Source of the DNA: Candidatus Falkowbacteria bacterium HGW-Falkowbacteria-1 | Lineage (GTDB): Bacteria > Patescibacteriota > Patescibacteriia > Patescibacteriales > UBA12465 | Assembly (NCBI GenBank): GCA_002840305.1 | Contig: PHAI01000002.1 | Span: forward strand, 10,707-74,706 | Direction: 5' to 3' | DNA length: 64,000 bases | Translations under genes and position numbers: made by a program | Notes under the pieces: model-generated | Told to the model about the DNA's origin: nothing | Database searches by the model: none | Seen by the model: the letters and a program-made list of their open reading frames with translations, nothing else | Part shown: in pieces, positions 1 to 9,396 of the stretch | Layout: each line of letters opens with the position of its first letter | How positions within the stretch are numbered: the first letter of the stretch is position 1

Positions 1-420
1 TCTGTCGGAGCTAAAGGACCAGCTCATGTTTTTAAAGGAACAAGAATGGGTGGAAGAATGGGCGGCGACAGAGTTACTACAAAAAATCTAGAAATAGTTG
101 ACGTTGATATAGAAAATAATATTTTATTTATAAAAGGAGCTGTGCCGGGAGCAACTAATGGTTTAGTAATGATAAAGGGGCAGGGTGAATTAATTGTTAA
201 AGATTTGAAGGAAAATATTAAAAAAGATGAAAACAAGACAGGGGAGACTCCAGTGCTTGAAAGTGAGGAAAAAGTTGAAGCTGTCGTTGAAGAGGTAAGT
301 ATAGAAAATGCCGTAGAAGAAAAGAAAGAAGATAAGATGGTTGAAGCTGAGGTTGCAGAAAGCGAAGTCAAGAGCGAAGAAAAGAAAGACGATCTTGATC
401 AAAAAAAAGATAAAGAATAA
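1..420 (+). CDS. rplC: 50S ribosomal protein L3, 3' part, with acidic C-terminal tail
   Basis: Frame open from base 1 ([21 protein letters not shown]...IKGAVPG); directly upstream of L4. Confidence 0.95.
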   Translation, partial: SVGAKGPAHVFKGTRMGGRMGGDRVTTKNLEIVDVDIENNILFIKGAVPGATNGLVMIKGQGELIVKDLKENIKKDENKTGETPVLESEEKVEAVVEEVSIENAVEEKKEDKMVEAEVAESEVKSEEKKDDLDQKKDKE

Positions 421-445
421 TTAATTAAATTGATATAAAAATATT

Positions 446-1108
446 ATGCCGATTAAAATAAATATTTATAATAAAAGTGCTGAGTCAGTTGGTGAATTGA
501 AATTGTCTGATAAGGTTTTTGGTTTAGATCTTAATGCCGATCTTATGCACCAGGCTTTAGTTACTCAAATGGCCAACGAAAGACAAGTTTTGGCTCACAC
601 TAAGACAAAGGGAGAGGTTCGTGGTGGAGGTAAAAAGCCTTGGAAACAAAAAGGAACGGGTAGGGCCAGAGCTGGTTCTAGCAGATCTCCGATTTGGATT
701 GGTGGAGGTGTTACTTTTGGACCAAGAAAAGATCGCAATTTTTCTAAAAAAATAAACAAAAAAATGAAGCAAAAGGCTTTGATGATGGTTTTTTCAGATA
801 AAGTTAAAAATAACAGCTTGATAATCGTTGATAAGTTAGAGATGGCAGAATTCAAAACAAAAACATTAAATGATTTTTTAAAAAAAATAGAAGTAAATTT
901 TAGTAATTCAGATAAAAAAACAAAAAGAAGCATTTTGGTTGTTAATGACAATAATGACAAAAAAGTTTTTTATTCAGGCCGAAATTTAGCTGGCATTGAA
1001 ATAATTAATTTAGAAAATGTAAATATCATGGACTTATTAAAAAACAAGAATTTGTTGATAACTGAATCGGCCATCAAGAAAATTGATGAGAGATATTCAA
1101 AAGAATAA
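446..1108 (+). CDS. rplD: 50S ribosomal protein L4
   Basis: KPWKQKGTGRARAGS motif; S10 operon order. Confidence 0.98.
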   Translation: MPIKINIYNKSAESVGELKLSDKVFGLDLNADLMHQALVTQMANERQVLAHTKTKGEVRGGGKKPWKQKGTGRARAGSSRSPIWIGGGVTFGPRKDRNFSKKINKKMKQKALMMVFSDKVKNNSLIIVDKLEMAEFKTKTLNDFLKKIEVNFSNSDKKTKRSILVVNDNNDKKVFYSGRNLAGIEIINLENVNIMDLLKNKNLLITESAIKKIDERYSKE

Positions 1109-1124
1109 TTAAAATTTTAAAAAT

Positions 1125-1592
1125 ATGGGAATATTTAACTCCAAAAAAACAAGTGATTCAAATGATGAAGATAAAAAAGAAGTCATTGATTTAGGCAAAA
1201 GTAAGGAATTAAAAGAAAATAAAGAAAAAGTAGAAAAAACCGAAAAATCAATGAAAGATCTTTATGTTGAGGAAGGTTTAAAGCCAAGTAAAAAGGGTGC
1301 AAAAAATGGAATAGCCTACAGAGTTTTAGTGAAACCGGCTGTCACCGAAAAGGCGACTAATTTAGGAGCTTTGAATCAATATGTTTTTATTATTTCTGAC
1401 AAAGCAAACAAGATTGACGTATCTAATGCTATTTTTGAAGTTTACGGAGTAAATCCTACAAGTGTTAATATTATTAAAATGAAAGGTAAAAAGATTAACA
1501 GGGGTAAGGTTAGCGGAAGAAGAAAAAGTTTCAAAAAAGCAATTGTTACTCTTAAAAAGGGAGAGACTATATCCGTTTACGAAGGAGTTTAA
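1125..1592 (+). CDS. rplW: 50S ribosomal protein L23 with charged N-terminal extension
   Basis: PAVTEKA...KKAIVTLKKG; operon order. Confidence 0.95.
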   Translation: MGIFNSKKTSDSNDEDKKEVIDLGKSKELKENKEKVEKTEKSMKDLYVEEGLKPSKKGAKNGIAYRVLVKPAVTEKATNLGALNQYVFIISDKANKIDVSNAIFEVYGVNPTSVNIIKMKGKKINRGKVSGRRKSFKKAIVTLKKGETISVYEGV

Positions 1593-1616
1593 AATTTATA
1601 AATTCAAATAATTAAT

Positions 1617-2462
1617 ATGCCTATAAAAAAAGTAAAACCAAATACACCAAAAAGACGTCATGCCACATATGATAGTTTTTCGGATATTAGCCCAAAGGTG
1701 TCTCCAGAAAAGAAGCTATTGCTTATTAAAAAGAAAAAAAGTGGTAGAAATAATCAAGGAAAAATAACTGTTAGACATCGCGGTGGTGGTGCAAGGAGAT
1801 ATATAAGATTAATTGATTTTAAAAGAGATAAATTTGACGTTCCAGCTGTTGTTAAAACTATTGAATATGACCCTAATCGTGGAGCCCGTATTGCTTTGCT
1901 TTCCTATCTTGATGGTGAAAAGAGATATATCACAGCACCAGTTGGTCTAAAGGAGAAGGATATGGTTGTTAGCTCTAAAGATTTAGTTGAAATTAAACCA
2001 GGAAATTGTATGCCCTTGAAGTTTATTCCGGCTGGTATTTCTGTTTCTAGCATTGAGATGGAACCAGGTGAAGGGGCAAAAATTGCCAGAGGTGCAGGAA
2101 ATTCGGTTAACGTCATGGGTATCGAAGGCAAGTATGCTCAGGTTAAAATGCCGTCAGGAGAAATTCGTTTGATAAAGAAAGAATGTTTATGTACAGTTGG
2201 ACAAGCCAGTAATCCTGATAAAATGCATATCAAGATAGGTTCGGCTGGAAGAAAAAGACATTTAGGTATTAGACCGACAGTTAGAGGAACTGCCATGAAC
2301 CCAGTTGATCATCCACATGGAGGTGGAGAAGGTAAACAGTCAATTGGTTTAAAGAGACCGAAGACTAAGTGGGGGAAACCAGCTATGGGTGTTAAAACTA
2401 GAAAGAAACGAAGATCTAACAAATTGATCATGAAAAGGAGACCATCTAAGAAGAAAAAATAA
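1617..2462 (+). CDS. rplB: 50S ribosomal protein L2
   Basis: GRNNQGKITVRHRGGG, MNPVDHPHGGGEG. Confidence 0.99.
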   Translation: MPIKKVKPNTPKRRHATYDSFSDISPKVSPEKKLLLIKKKKSGRNNQGKITVRHRGGGARRYIRLIDFKRDKFDVPAVVKTIEYDPNRGARIALLSYLDGEKRYITAPVGLKEKDMVVSSKDLVEIKPGNCMPLKFIPAGISVSSIEMEPGEGAKIARGAGNSVNVMGIEGKYAQVKMPSGEIRLIKKECLCTVGQASNPDKMHIKIGSAGRKRHLGIRPTVRGTAMNPVDHPHGGGEGKQSIGLKRPKTKWGKPAMGVKTRKKRRSNKLIMKRRPSKKKK

Positions 2463-2484
2463 AATAATTTAATTTTATAATATT

Positions 2485-2772
2485 ATGTCAAGAAGTTTGA
2501 AAAAAGGACCTTATGTTAATCAGAGAATATTGGCCAAAATTAAAGCCATGACTTCGGATGATAAAACTGTTATTAAGGTTTGGGACAGAGCTTGCTCTAT
2601 AACACCGGAGATGGTAGGTAAAACTATCGGTGTTCATAATGGTAAACAACATATTGCTGTTTATATAGTTGAGAATATGGTTGGACACAAATTGGGTGAG
2701 TTTTCTATAACCAAGAAATTTCACGGTCATGGTGGTAAGATGGCAAAGACCCAGGCACAAGTTAAGAAATAA
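2485..2772 (+). CDS. rpsS: 30S ribosomal protein S19
   Basis: [20 protein letters not shown]. Confidence 0.98.
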   Translation: MSRSLKKGPYVNQRILAKIKAMTSDDKTVIKVWDRACSITPEMVGKTIGVHNGKQHIAVYIVENMVGHKLGEFSITKKFHGHGGKMAKTQAQVKK

Positions 2773-2808
2773 GTTATCAAATCAATAAATAAAGTAATAT
2801 AAAATAAT

Positions 2809-3372
2809 ATGGAAGTTAAAGCCAGTTTAAAACATTTGAGAATATCGCCAAGAAAAACCAGGTTGGTTGCTGGTGTAGTTCGTGGTTTAGAGGTTAATAA
2901 AGCTATAAATCAGTTAAAATTTTTAAATAAAAAAGCAGCTAAACCTGTATTAAAGCTTTTAGAATCAGCTATAGCCAGTGCGGTTAATAACTATGATTTA
3001 GATAAAAATAATTTAACTATAAAGGAAATAAGGATTGACGAAGGTAAAGTTTTAAAAAGATGGATGCCAAGAGCACACGGAAGAGCAACAGTGTTGAGAA
3101 AAAAAATGAGTCATGTAAATTTGGTTTTATCTGAAATTGTTGATAGTGGTAAAAAGGAAGCTAAGAAAGTTGAAGTAGAAGCTCCAGTAAAATTAGATGA
3201 ACTTTCCAAGGAGTCAAAGAAAGAAAAAAAACAAGACAAAAAAGAAGATCAGACAGAAGAGGAAAAGGCTGACGAAAAAGTAAAGAAAGTTTCTGAAAAG
3301 CCAGGAAAAATGGATTCTAAAGGATCTTCCAAGAGTTTTACTTCTAAAGTTTTTAGAAGAAAATCTGGTTAA
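2809..3372 (+). CDS. rplV: 50S ribosomal protein L22 with long charged C-terminal extension
   Basis: RISPRKTRLVA, KRWMPRAHGRA. Confidence 0.97.
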   Translation: MEVKASLKHLRISPRKTRLVAGVVRGLEVNKAINQLKFLNKKAAKPVLKLLESAIASAVNNYDLDKNNLTIKEIRIDEGKVLKRWMPRAHGRATVLRKKMSHVNLVLSEIVDSGKKEAKKVEVEAPVKLDELSKESKKEKKQDKKEDQTEEEKADEKVKKVSEKPGKMDSKGSSKSFTSKVFRRKSG

Positions 3373-3414
3373 TTATAGTTTATATTTTAAAATAAAAAGA
3401 TATTTATAAAATCT

Positions 3415-4074
3415 ATGGGTAAAAAAATAAATCCAAAAATAATAAGAATGGGAATTACTAGGACTTGGCCATCAACTTGGTTTAGTGCTGGCAATGATTA
3501 TATAAGACAGACAAGACAAGATGTTTTGATGAGAAAATATATTTTGAAAGAATTCAGGGAGGCTGGAGTAGATAGGGTTGAAATTAGTAGAAACTCTGGC
3601 AAAATAGCCGTTGATGTATATACAGCTAAACCCGGTATAATTATTGGTAGGGGCGGAAACGGAGTTGAAGAATTAAAGAAAAATGTTCATAAGAAGTTTT
3701 TATCAAATCCGATGAAAATACGCTTGGGCGATATTAATGTGAACATTAAGGAAGTTGAAAATCCAAATCTAAGTGCTCAAATAAACGTTCAGTCAATAGC
3801 CTTAGAGATAGAAAAAAGGGTTCCTTTCAGAAAAGTCATGAAGCAGGCACTTTCTAGAGTGGAGAGAGCCGGTGCTTTGGGTGTTAAGATTATGGTTTCT
3901 GGTCGTCTTAATGGGGCTGAAATTGCTAGAAGTGAAAAACTTATTTTTGGTAAATTACCGCTTAGTACCTTGAGAGCTAATATTGATTACGCTAGAGGAG
4001 TGGCTCATACTACATACGGAAGTATTGGCGTTAAGGTTTGGGTGTATAAGGGAGAGGTATTTAAACAAAAGTAA
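3415..4074 (+). CDS. rpsC: 30S ribosomal protein S3
   Basis: KPGIIIGRGG, SGRLNGAEIAR, GVKVWVYKG. Confidence 0.98.
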   Translation: MGKKINPKIIRMGITRTWPSTWFSAGNDYIRQTRQDVLMRKYILKEFREAGVDRVEISRNSGKIAVDVYTAKPGIIIGRGGNGVEELKKNVHKKFLSNPMKIRLGDINVNIKEVENPNLSAQINVQSIALEIEKRVPFRKVMKQALSRVERAGALGVKIMVSGRLNGAEIARSEKLIFGKLPLSTLRANIDYARGVAHTTYGSIGVKVWVYKGEVFKQK

Positions 4075-4190
4075 AATTTCCTATTTTGATTAATTTTGTT
4101 GTCAGAAACTGCGAAACTCATTCACTGTATTAAAATACAGCTCAATCGTTTCTCGTCTCTTCCTGAAAATTAAACAAAATAAAAGATTTT
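4073..4190. repeat. Long imperfect inverted repeat in the rpsC-rplP spacer
   Basis: Nested pairing arms TATTTTG/CAAAATA, TTAATTTT/AAAATTAA, TCAG/CTGA, CTGTAT/ATACAG. Confidence 0.65.
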
Positions 4191-4245
4191 TGGACAAAAG
4201 TTAAAAAAATAAATAATTTTAAAAAAGAAAAAATAAATTAATGAT

Positions 4246-4294
4246 TGGGTTCCAGTTGAAATTTATCCTTGTGAGAATGGGGACTGGGATGACA
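4246..4294. repeat. REP/dRS3-like short palindromic element
   Basis: GTTCCAGT...ACTGGGAT stem; reverse complement reads TGTCATCCCAG...CTGGAACCCA, resembling the ends of the element at 58714. Confidence 0.5.
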
Positions 4295-4307
4295 ATAATA
4301 TAGACAT

Positions 4308-4715
4308 ATGTTGATGCCAAAAAAAACTAAACACAGAAAAATGCATGGAGTTAAAAGAGGTGGAAAGGCCAGTAGTCTGCTTAACGTTGATTTTGGTTCA
4401 TACGGTTTGAAGAGTTTAGAGGCTTGTTGGGTTAACTCACGTCAAATTGAGGCTGCCAGAAGAGTTATAGCCAAATATACCAAAAAAGGTGGAAAAATAT
4501 GGATAAGAATATTTCCTGATAGATCAGTAACCCAGAAAGGCGGAGAAATTCCTATGGGTAAAGGTAAGGGAGCGGTTGATCATTATGTAGCTACAGTTAA
4601 ACCGGGAATGGTGATGTATGAAGTTGATGGATTAACAGAGGAGCAGGCTAAAAAGGCCCTAGAATTAGCAGCCTATAAATTACCGGTTAAATGTAAATTT
4701 GTTAAGAAGGATTAA
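4308..4715 (+). CDS. rplP: 50S ribosomal protein L16
   Basis: MLMPKK, QIEAARR, WIRIFPD, MGKGKG. Confidence 0.98.
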   Translation: MLMPKKTKHRKMHGVKRGGKASSLLNVDFGSYGLKSLEACWVNSRQIEAARRVIAKYTKKGGKIWIRIFPDRSVTQKGGEIPMGKGKGAVDHYVATVKPGMVMYEVDGLTEEQAKKALELAAYKLPVKCKFVKKD

Positions 4716-4735
4716 TTATAAAATAAATTTTAAAT

Positions 4736-4963
4736 ATGGATTTCAAAGAATTAAAAAATAAAAAAAAGTCAGAACTACACGCTTTGTTGGCTAAATGGAG
4801 AGAGGAATTAAGAGCTTTTAGATTTAAAAATTCTAATAGTCAGTTGAAGAATATCAGAGAAATGAGAAGTGTCAGAAAAAACATTGCTAGAATTTTGACT
4901 TTATTAAACGGAGGTAAAGAAGAGAAAGTCGAAAATATTAAAAATCAAGAAGAGAATAAATAA
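4736..4963 (+). CDS. rpmC: 50S ribosomal protein L29
   Basis: RKNIARILT; operon order. Confidence 0.95.
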   Translation: MDFKELKNKKKSELHALLAKWREELRAFRFKNSNSQLKNIREMRSVRKNIARILTLLNGGKEEKVENIKNQEENK

Positions 4964-4971
4964 ATAAAAAT

Positions 4972-5232
4972 ATGGAAAACAAAAAAGAAGTAAAAAAAAT
5001 TATTAGAAAAAAGTTCTCTGGCGTTGTGGTTAGTGACAAATCTGACAAAACAGTAGTTGTTTCTGTTGATATCGCTAAAATAAACAAAAAATATCAGAAA
5101 AGATATGTTTCTAGTCGAAAATATAAAGTTCATGATGAAGAAAATAAATTTAAAATAGGGGACAAGGTTAGCTTTGTTGAATGTCGTCCTTTTAGTAAAG
5201 AAAAAAAATGGAGAGTTGTTTATTCTAAATAG
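4972..5232 (+). CDS. rpsQ: 30S ribosomal protein S17
   Basis: GVVVSDKSDKTVVV, ECRPFSKEKKW. Confidence 0.97.
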   Translation: MENKKEVKKIIRKKFSGVVVSDKSDKTVVVSVDIAKINKKYQKRYVSSRKYKVHDEENKFKIGDKVSFVECRPFSKEKKWRVVYSK

Positions 5233-5259
5233 TTTAATTTTTTAATTGTTTTTAAATAT

Positions 5260-5631
5260 ATGATACAAGTAGAAAGCAGATTGAGAGTCGCTGATAACAC
5301 TGGAGCAAAGGAAGTTCTTTGCATAAGAGTTTTGGGCGGATATAAAAAAAGATATGCTGGCGTTGGTGATATTATTGTCGCTACCGTTAAGTCAGCTAGT
5401 CCTCATATGCCGATTAAGAAGAGTGACGTAGTTAAAGCGGTTATTGTTAGAACAAAAAAGGAAATTAGAAGAAAAGATGGTACTTATTTGAGATTTGATG
5501 ATAATGCTTGTGTTATTATTGATAAAGAAAAGAAAGAACCTAAAGGAACCCGTATTTTTGGGCCAGTGGCTAGAGAGGTAAGAAGAGCTGGTTTTATGAA
5601 GATAGCATCTTTAGCGCCAGAGGTTCTATAG
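5260..5631 (+). CDS. rplN: 50S ribosomal protein L14
   Basis: [19 protein letters not shown]. Confidence 0.99.
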   Translation: MIQVESRLRVADNTGAKEVLCIRVLGGYKKRYAGVGDIIVATVKSASPHMPIKKSDVVKAVIVRTKKEIRRKDGTYLRFDDNACVIIDKEKKEPKGTRIFGPVAREVRRAGFMKIASLAPEVL

Positions 5632-5657
5632 GTTTATTATTATTTAAATATTTTAAT

Positions 5658-5984
5658 ATGAAAATAAAAAAAGGTGATAAAGTAAAATTATTAGCAGGAA
5701 AAGACAGCGAAAAGACTGGAAAGGTTTTACAGGTTTTCCCAAAAGAAGGTAGAGCCAGCGTGGAGGGTTTAAATATTTTAATAAAACATCTAAGACCTCA
5801 AAAAAGAGGAGAAAAGGGGCAGAGAATAGAGTTCCCAGCCTTAGTTGATGTTTCGAATCTTATTTTGATTTGTCCGAAATGTGGTAAAAGTTCTAGAGTT
5901 TCTTATAAAACTGTTAAAAATGAAGGTGATTCAAAATCCAAAAAGTTTAGAACTTGTAAAAAATGCGGTGAAACTATAGATTAA
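5658..5984 (+). CDS. rplX: 50S ribosomal protein L24 with two CxxC pairs
   Basis: IKKGDKV KOW motif; CPKC and CKKC. Confidence 0.97.
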   Translation: MKIKKGDKVKLLAGKDSEKTGKVLQVFPKEGRASVEGLNILIKHLRPQKRGEKGQRIEFPALVDVSNLILICPKCGKSSRVSYKTVKNEGDSKSKKFRTCKKCGETID

Positions 5985-6008
5985 TTATATTTATATTAAA
6001 ATAACATT

Positions 6009-6560
6009 ATGACGTTAAAAGAAAAATATCAAAAAGAAGTAATACCGAAATTGAAGGAAAAATTTAAATATTCCAATAACCTTTTAGTTCCAAAAGTTTC
6101 AAAGGTTGTTATAAACGTTGGATTTGGTAGAAGAGTAAAAGATAAAGACTTCATTGATAATATTGAAAAGACTTTAATAAAAATTTCAGGACAAAAGCCA
6201 GTTTTTACTAAGGCTAAGAAGTCGATTTCGTCTTTCAAAATAAGAGAAGGAATGATTATTGGAGCCATGGTAACACTAAGAGGCGAAAGAATGTACCACT
6301 TTTTGGACAAGTTGATCAATATTAGTTTTCCAAGAGTTAGAGATTTTCGTGGTATATCAGAAAAGTCAGTTGATAAACAGGGTAATTTAACCGTTGGTTT
6401 TAAAGAGAATACATCGTTTCCAGAAGTTAAGGTTGATGATATAAATAATATTCACGGTTTGGAGATAATTATAGATTCAAATTCTAAAAATACGGAAGAA
6501 GGTTTAGAGTTGTTTAGATTTTTAGGATTCCCGTTTAAAAAGGAAGAAATTAAGAAATAA
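6009..6560 (+). CDS. rplE: 50S ribosomal protein L5
   Basis: ISGQKP, FKIREG, PRVRDFRG. Confidence 0.98.
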   Translation: MTLKEKYQKEVIPKLKEKFKYSNNLLVPKVSKVVINVGFGRRVKDKDFIDNIEKTLIKISGQKPVFTKAKKSISSFKIREGMIIGAMVTLRGERMYHFLDKLINISFPRVRDFRGISEKSVDKQGNLTVGFKENTSFPEVKVDDINNIHGLEIIIDSNSKNTEEGLELFRFLGFPFKKEEIKK

Positions 6561-6581
6561 TTTATTAATTTATTTATACTT

Positions 6582-6767
6582 ATGGCTAGAAAAGCGTTAA
6601 TTATAAAAGCAAAAAAGAAACCGAAATTTTCAACTAGAAAAATAAACAGATGTTGGCGTTGCGGAAGAAACAAGGGCTACATGAGAGATTTTGACTTGTG
6701 TCGTATTTGTTTTAGAGAATTAGCCGATAATGGTGATTTACCGGGTATTAAAAAGGCAAGTTGGTAA
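6582..6767 (+). CDS. rpsN: 30S ribosomal protein S14, short zinc-binding type
   Basis: 61 aa; CWRC...[12 protein letters not shown]. Confidence 0.97.
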   Translation: MARKALIIKAKKKPKFSTRKINRCWRCGRNKGYMRDFDLCRICFRELADNGDLPGIKKASW

Positions 6768-6821
6768 ATTTATTATTTAATTTTTAAATTTATATTACAA
6801 TTTTTATTTAATTAGAATATT

Positions 6822-7241
6822 ATGATAGACCCAATCGCAGACATGTTAACCAGAATTAGGAATGCCTCCATAATAAAAAAGGCTGACATTGTCTTACCAA
6901 TGAGTAAGATAAAATTCAATATAGCTAAAATATTGGAAAAAGAAGGCTTTATAAGTAAAGCTGAGATAATAAAGGGGGGGCAAGATTTGCAAAAAAACAA
7001 AAGCTCAAAATTTGATCAAATCAGATTGGTTTTGAAGTACAATGCCAACGGAGAGCCAAAAATAAGCTCTTTAAAGAGAATAAGCAAGCCAGGCAGAAGA
7101 GTTTATATTGACAAAGAAAATATCCCAACAGTTTTGAATGGTTTTGGTTTGGCTATTATTTCCACCTCAAAAGGAATGATGACTAATATGGAAGCTAAGA
7201 AGGGTAGAATTGGTGGTGAGTTTATTTGTGAAGTTTATTAA
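6822..7241 (+). CDS. rpsH: 30S ribosomal protein S8
   Basis: DPIADMLTRIRNA, ISKPGRRVY. Confidence 0.98.
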   Translation: MIDPIADMLTRIRNASIIKKADIVLPMSKIKFNIAKILEKEGFISKAEIIKGGQDLQKNKSSKFDQIRLVLKYNANGEPKISSLKRISKPGRRVYIDKENIPTVLNGFGLAIISTSKGMMTNMEAKKGRIGGEFICEVY

Positions 7242-7303
7242 TTTTTAAAATACATATTCTAAAATTGTTTTAATTAATTTTAGAATTATAATATACCATT
7301 ATT

Positions 7304-7846
7304 ATGTCAAGATTAGGAAAATTAGCAATTAAAATACCAAGCGGAACTGATATCAAAATCGATAGCAAATCCGTGAAAGTTAAAGGACCAAAAGGCGAAT
7401 TAAAAACCGATCTATTAGAAGTAGTTAAAGTTGAGGTTGTTAATGATGAAATCATAGTTAAAGTTTCGAACCCAGAAGACAAGAAAGAAAAATCTTTATG
7501 GGGCTTATACAGAGCTCTTATAAATAATATGGTTGTTGGAGTAAATAGTGGCTATGAAAAAAAATTAGAAGTAAAAGGTGTTGGTTATAAAATTGCCGTA
7601 GTTGGAAACCAAATTAATTTGAATTTAGGTTTTTCACATCCAATAGAGTTTCCATTGCCTCAGGGTATTTCTGCTACTGCCGAGGGCAATATTTTGACTA
7701 TATTAGGAATAGATAAGCAGTTGGTTGGTGAAATGGCTGCTCAAATTAGAAAATTGAGAAAACCAGAGCCTTATAAGGGCAAAGGTATTAGATATATTGA
7801 TGAAGTAATTAGAAGAAAAGCCGGAAAAGCTGCGGCTTCTAAATAA
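7304..7846 (+). CDS. rplF: 50S ribosomal protein L6
   Basis: MSRLGK, PEPYKGKGIRY. Confidence 0.98.
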   Translation: MSRLGKLAIKIPSGTDIKIDSKSVKVKGPKGELKTDLLEVVKVEVVNDEIIVKVSNPEDKKEKSLWGLYRALINNMVVGVNSGYEKKLEVKGVGYKIAVVGNQINLNLGFSHPIEFPLPQGISATAEGNILTILGIDKQLVGEMAAQIRKLRKPEPYKGKGIRYIDEVIRRKAGKAAASK

Positions 7847-7869
7847 TTTTATAAATAATTTTTTTAGAT

Positions 7870-8229
7870 ATGAACAAACAAAAAGAAAAGAAAAATAAAC
7901 TAGACAGAAGACACAAAAAAATTAGAATGAAAATTGTTGGAATATCTTCCAGACCAAGATTGAATGTTTTTAGATCTAACAAGGGAATGTATTTGCAGTT
8001 AATTGATGATTCAACAGGAAAAACATTGGTAAGCGTTAACTCTAAGGAAGTGAAAGATACTGGCAAACTTAAAAAAGTAGAAAAAAGTTTTGAAATGGGT
8101 AAAATATTAGGAGAAAGAGCTTTGAAGGCCAATATTAAAGAGGCTGTTTTTGATCGAGGTGGATATAAATATCATGGTAGAGTAAAGGCTGTAGCGGAAG
8201 GAGCCCGAGAAGCTGGTTTAAAGTTTTAA
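7870..8229 (+). CDS. rplR: 50S ribosomal protein L18
   Basis: FDRGGYKYHGRVKA. Confidence 0.98.
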   Translation: MNKQKEKKNKLDRRHKKIRMKIVGISSRPRLNVFRSNKGMYLQLIDDSTGKTLVSVNSKEVKDTGKLKKVEKSFEMGKILGERALKANIKEAVFDRGGYKYHGRVKAVAEGAREAGLKF

Positions 8230-8266
8230 ATATAATCAATTTATTCTTTATAAATTTAAAAATATT

Positions 8267-8938
8267 ATGTCGGAAGAAAAAAAACAAACAAATACTCAGG
8301 CTGTTGGTAATAATTTAAAACAAACAAGCGCTCAGGTTGTTGGTAGTAATTTAAATAGCAATCCAAACAATAACTTTAACAAGAAAAAGGATTTTGGTGG
8401 AAAAGGCCGTCGTTTTTCTGAAAGACCAAAGGAAGAGTTTGATCAAAGAATATTGGACGTAGCTCGTGTAACCAGGGTTATGAAGGGTGGTAAGAGAATG
8501 AGTTTTAGAGTTTGTATTGCCATTGGAGATAAAAAGGGCAGAGTTGCTGTCGCCTTAGGTAAGGGTGCCGATGTTACTTTGGCCGTAAACAAGGCTGTAA
8601 ATAAAGCCAAGAAAAACATAATTGAAGTTCCAATATATAACGACACAATACCTCATCAGATAAATGGTAAGTTTGGTTCTGCTAAAATAATATTAAAACC
8701 AGTTGCCAAGGGAAGAGGTGTTATTGCCGGCGGTGTTGTGCGTGTTATTTTGGATTTAGCTGGAGTTAAGAATATTAGCAGCAAGATATTGGGAACAAAC
8801 AACAAAGTAAATAATGCTAAATGCACTGTAATGGCTTTGTCTAAATTAAAGAGAAGAGAGAATAACAACAAGGCTGATAGGTTTGAAAATAAAAATGGAA
8901 AAGAAAATAATGAAAAAGATTCTACATTGAAAAAATAA
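8267..8938 (+). CDS. rpsE: 30S ribosomal protein S5 with N- and C-terminal extensions
   Basis: RVTRVMKGGKRMSF, GVIAGG. Confidence 0.97.
   Translation: MSEEKKQTNTQAVGNNLKQTSAQVVGSNLNSNPNNNFNKKKDFGGKGRRFSERPKEEFDQRILDVARVTRVMKGGKRMSFRVCIAIGDKKGRVAVALGKGADVTLAVNKAVNKAKKNIIEVPIYNDTIPHQINGKFGSAKIILKPVAKGRGVIAGGVVRVILDLAGVKNISSKILGTNNKVNNAKCTVMALSKLKRRENNNKADRFENKNGKENNEKDSTLKK
8281..8352 (+). repeat. Imperfect 36-bp tandem duplication in the rpsE 5' end
   Basis: Two 36-bp units encoding KQTNTQAVGNNL / KQTSAQVVGSNL. Confidence 0.85.
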
Positions 8939-8961
8939 AAATAATTTTTATAAACAAAAAT

Positions 8962-9387
8962 ATGATCACTTTGAATAATATCAAAAAAGGCAGAGGAACA
9001 ATGAAAAAAAAGAAAAGAATCGGAAGAGGTAATGCTTCTGGTACTGGTACTTATAGTGGCCGAGGTTTGAAGGGTCAAAAATCAAGAGCTGGTTCAGGGA
9101 AGGGTAAGCTTAAAAGACTGGGAATGAAACAGAGTCTTTTAAAAATCCCAAAAGTTAGAGGATTTAAATCTTTATATTCAAAGAATCAGGTTGTTAATCT
9201 TGATACTATAAATGAAAATTTTAAAGATAATGATTTAATTAATCCAGAGGTTCTATTTGCCAAAAAACTTATAACTAAAAAAAATCAAGCAGTTAAAATT
9301 TTGGGTAATGGATCTTTGAACTTAAAAGGTTTAAAATTCGAAAATGTAAAAATGAGCGAAAGTGTTAAAAAATCATTAGAAAAATAA
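8962..9387 (+). CDS. rplO: 50S ribosomal protein L15
   Basis: RIGRGNASGTGTYSGRGLKGQKSR. Confidence 0.97.
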   Translation: MITLNNIKKGRGTMKKKKRIGRGNASGTGTYSGRGLKGQKSRAGSGKGKLKRLGMKQSLLKIPKVRGFKSLYSKNQVVNLDTINENFKDNDLINPEVLFAKKLITKKNQAVKILGNGSLNLKGLKFENVKMSESVKKSLEK

Positions 9388-9396
9388 TAATTATAT

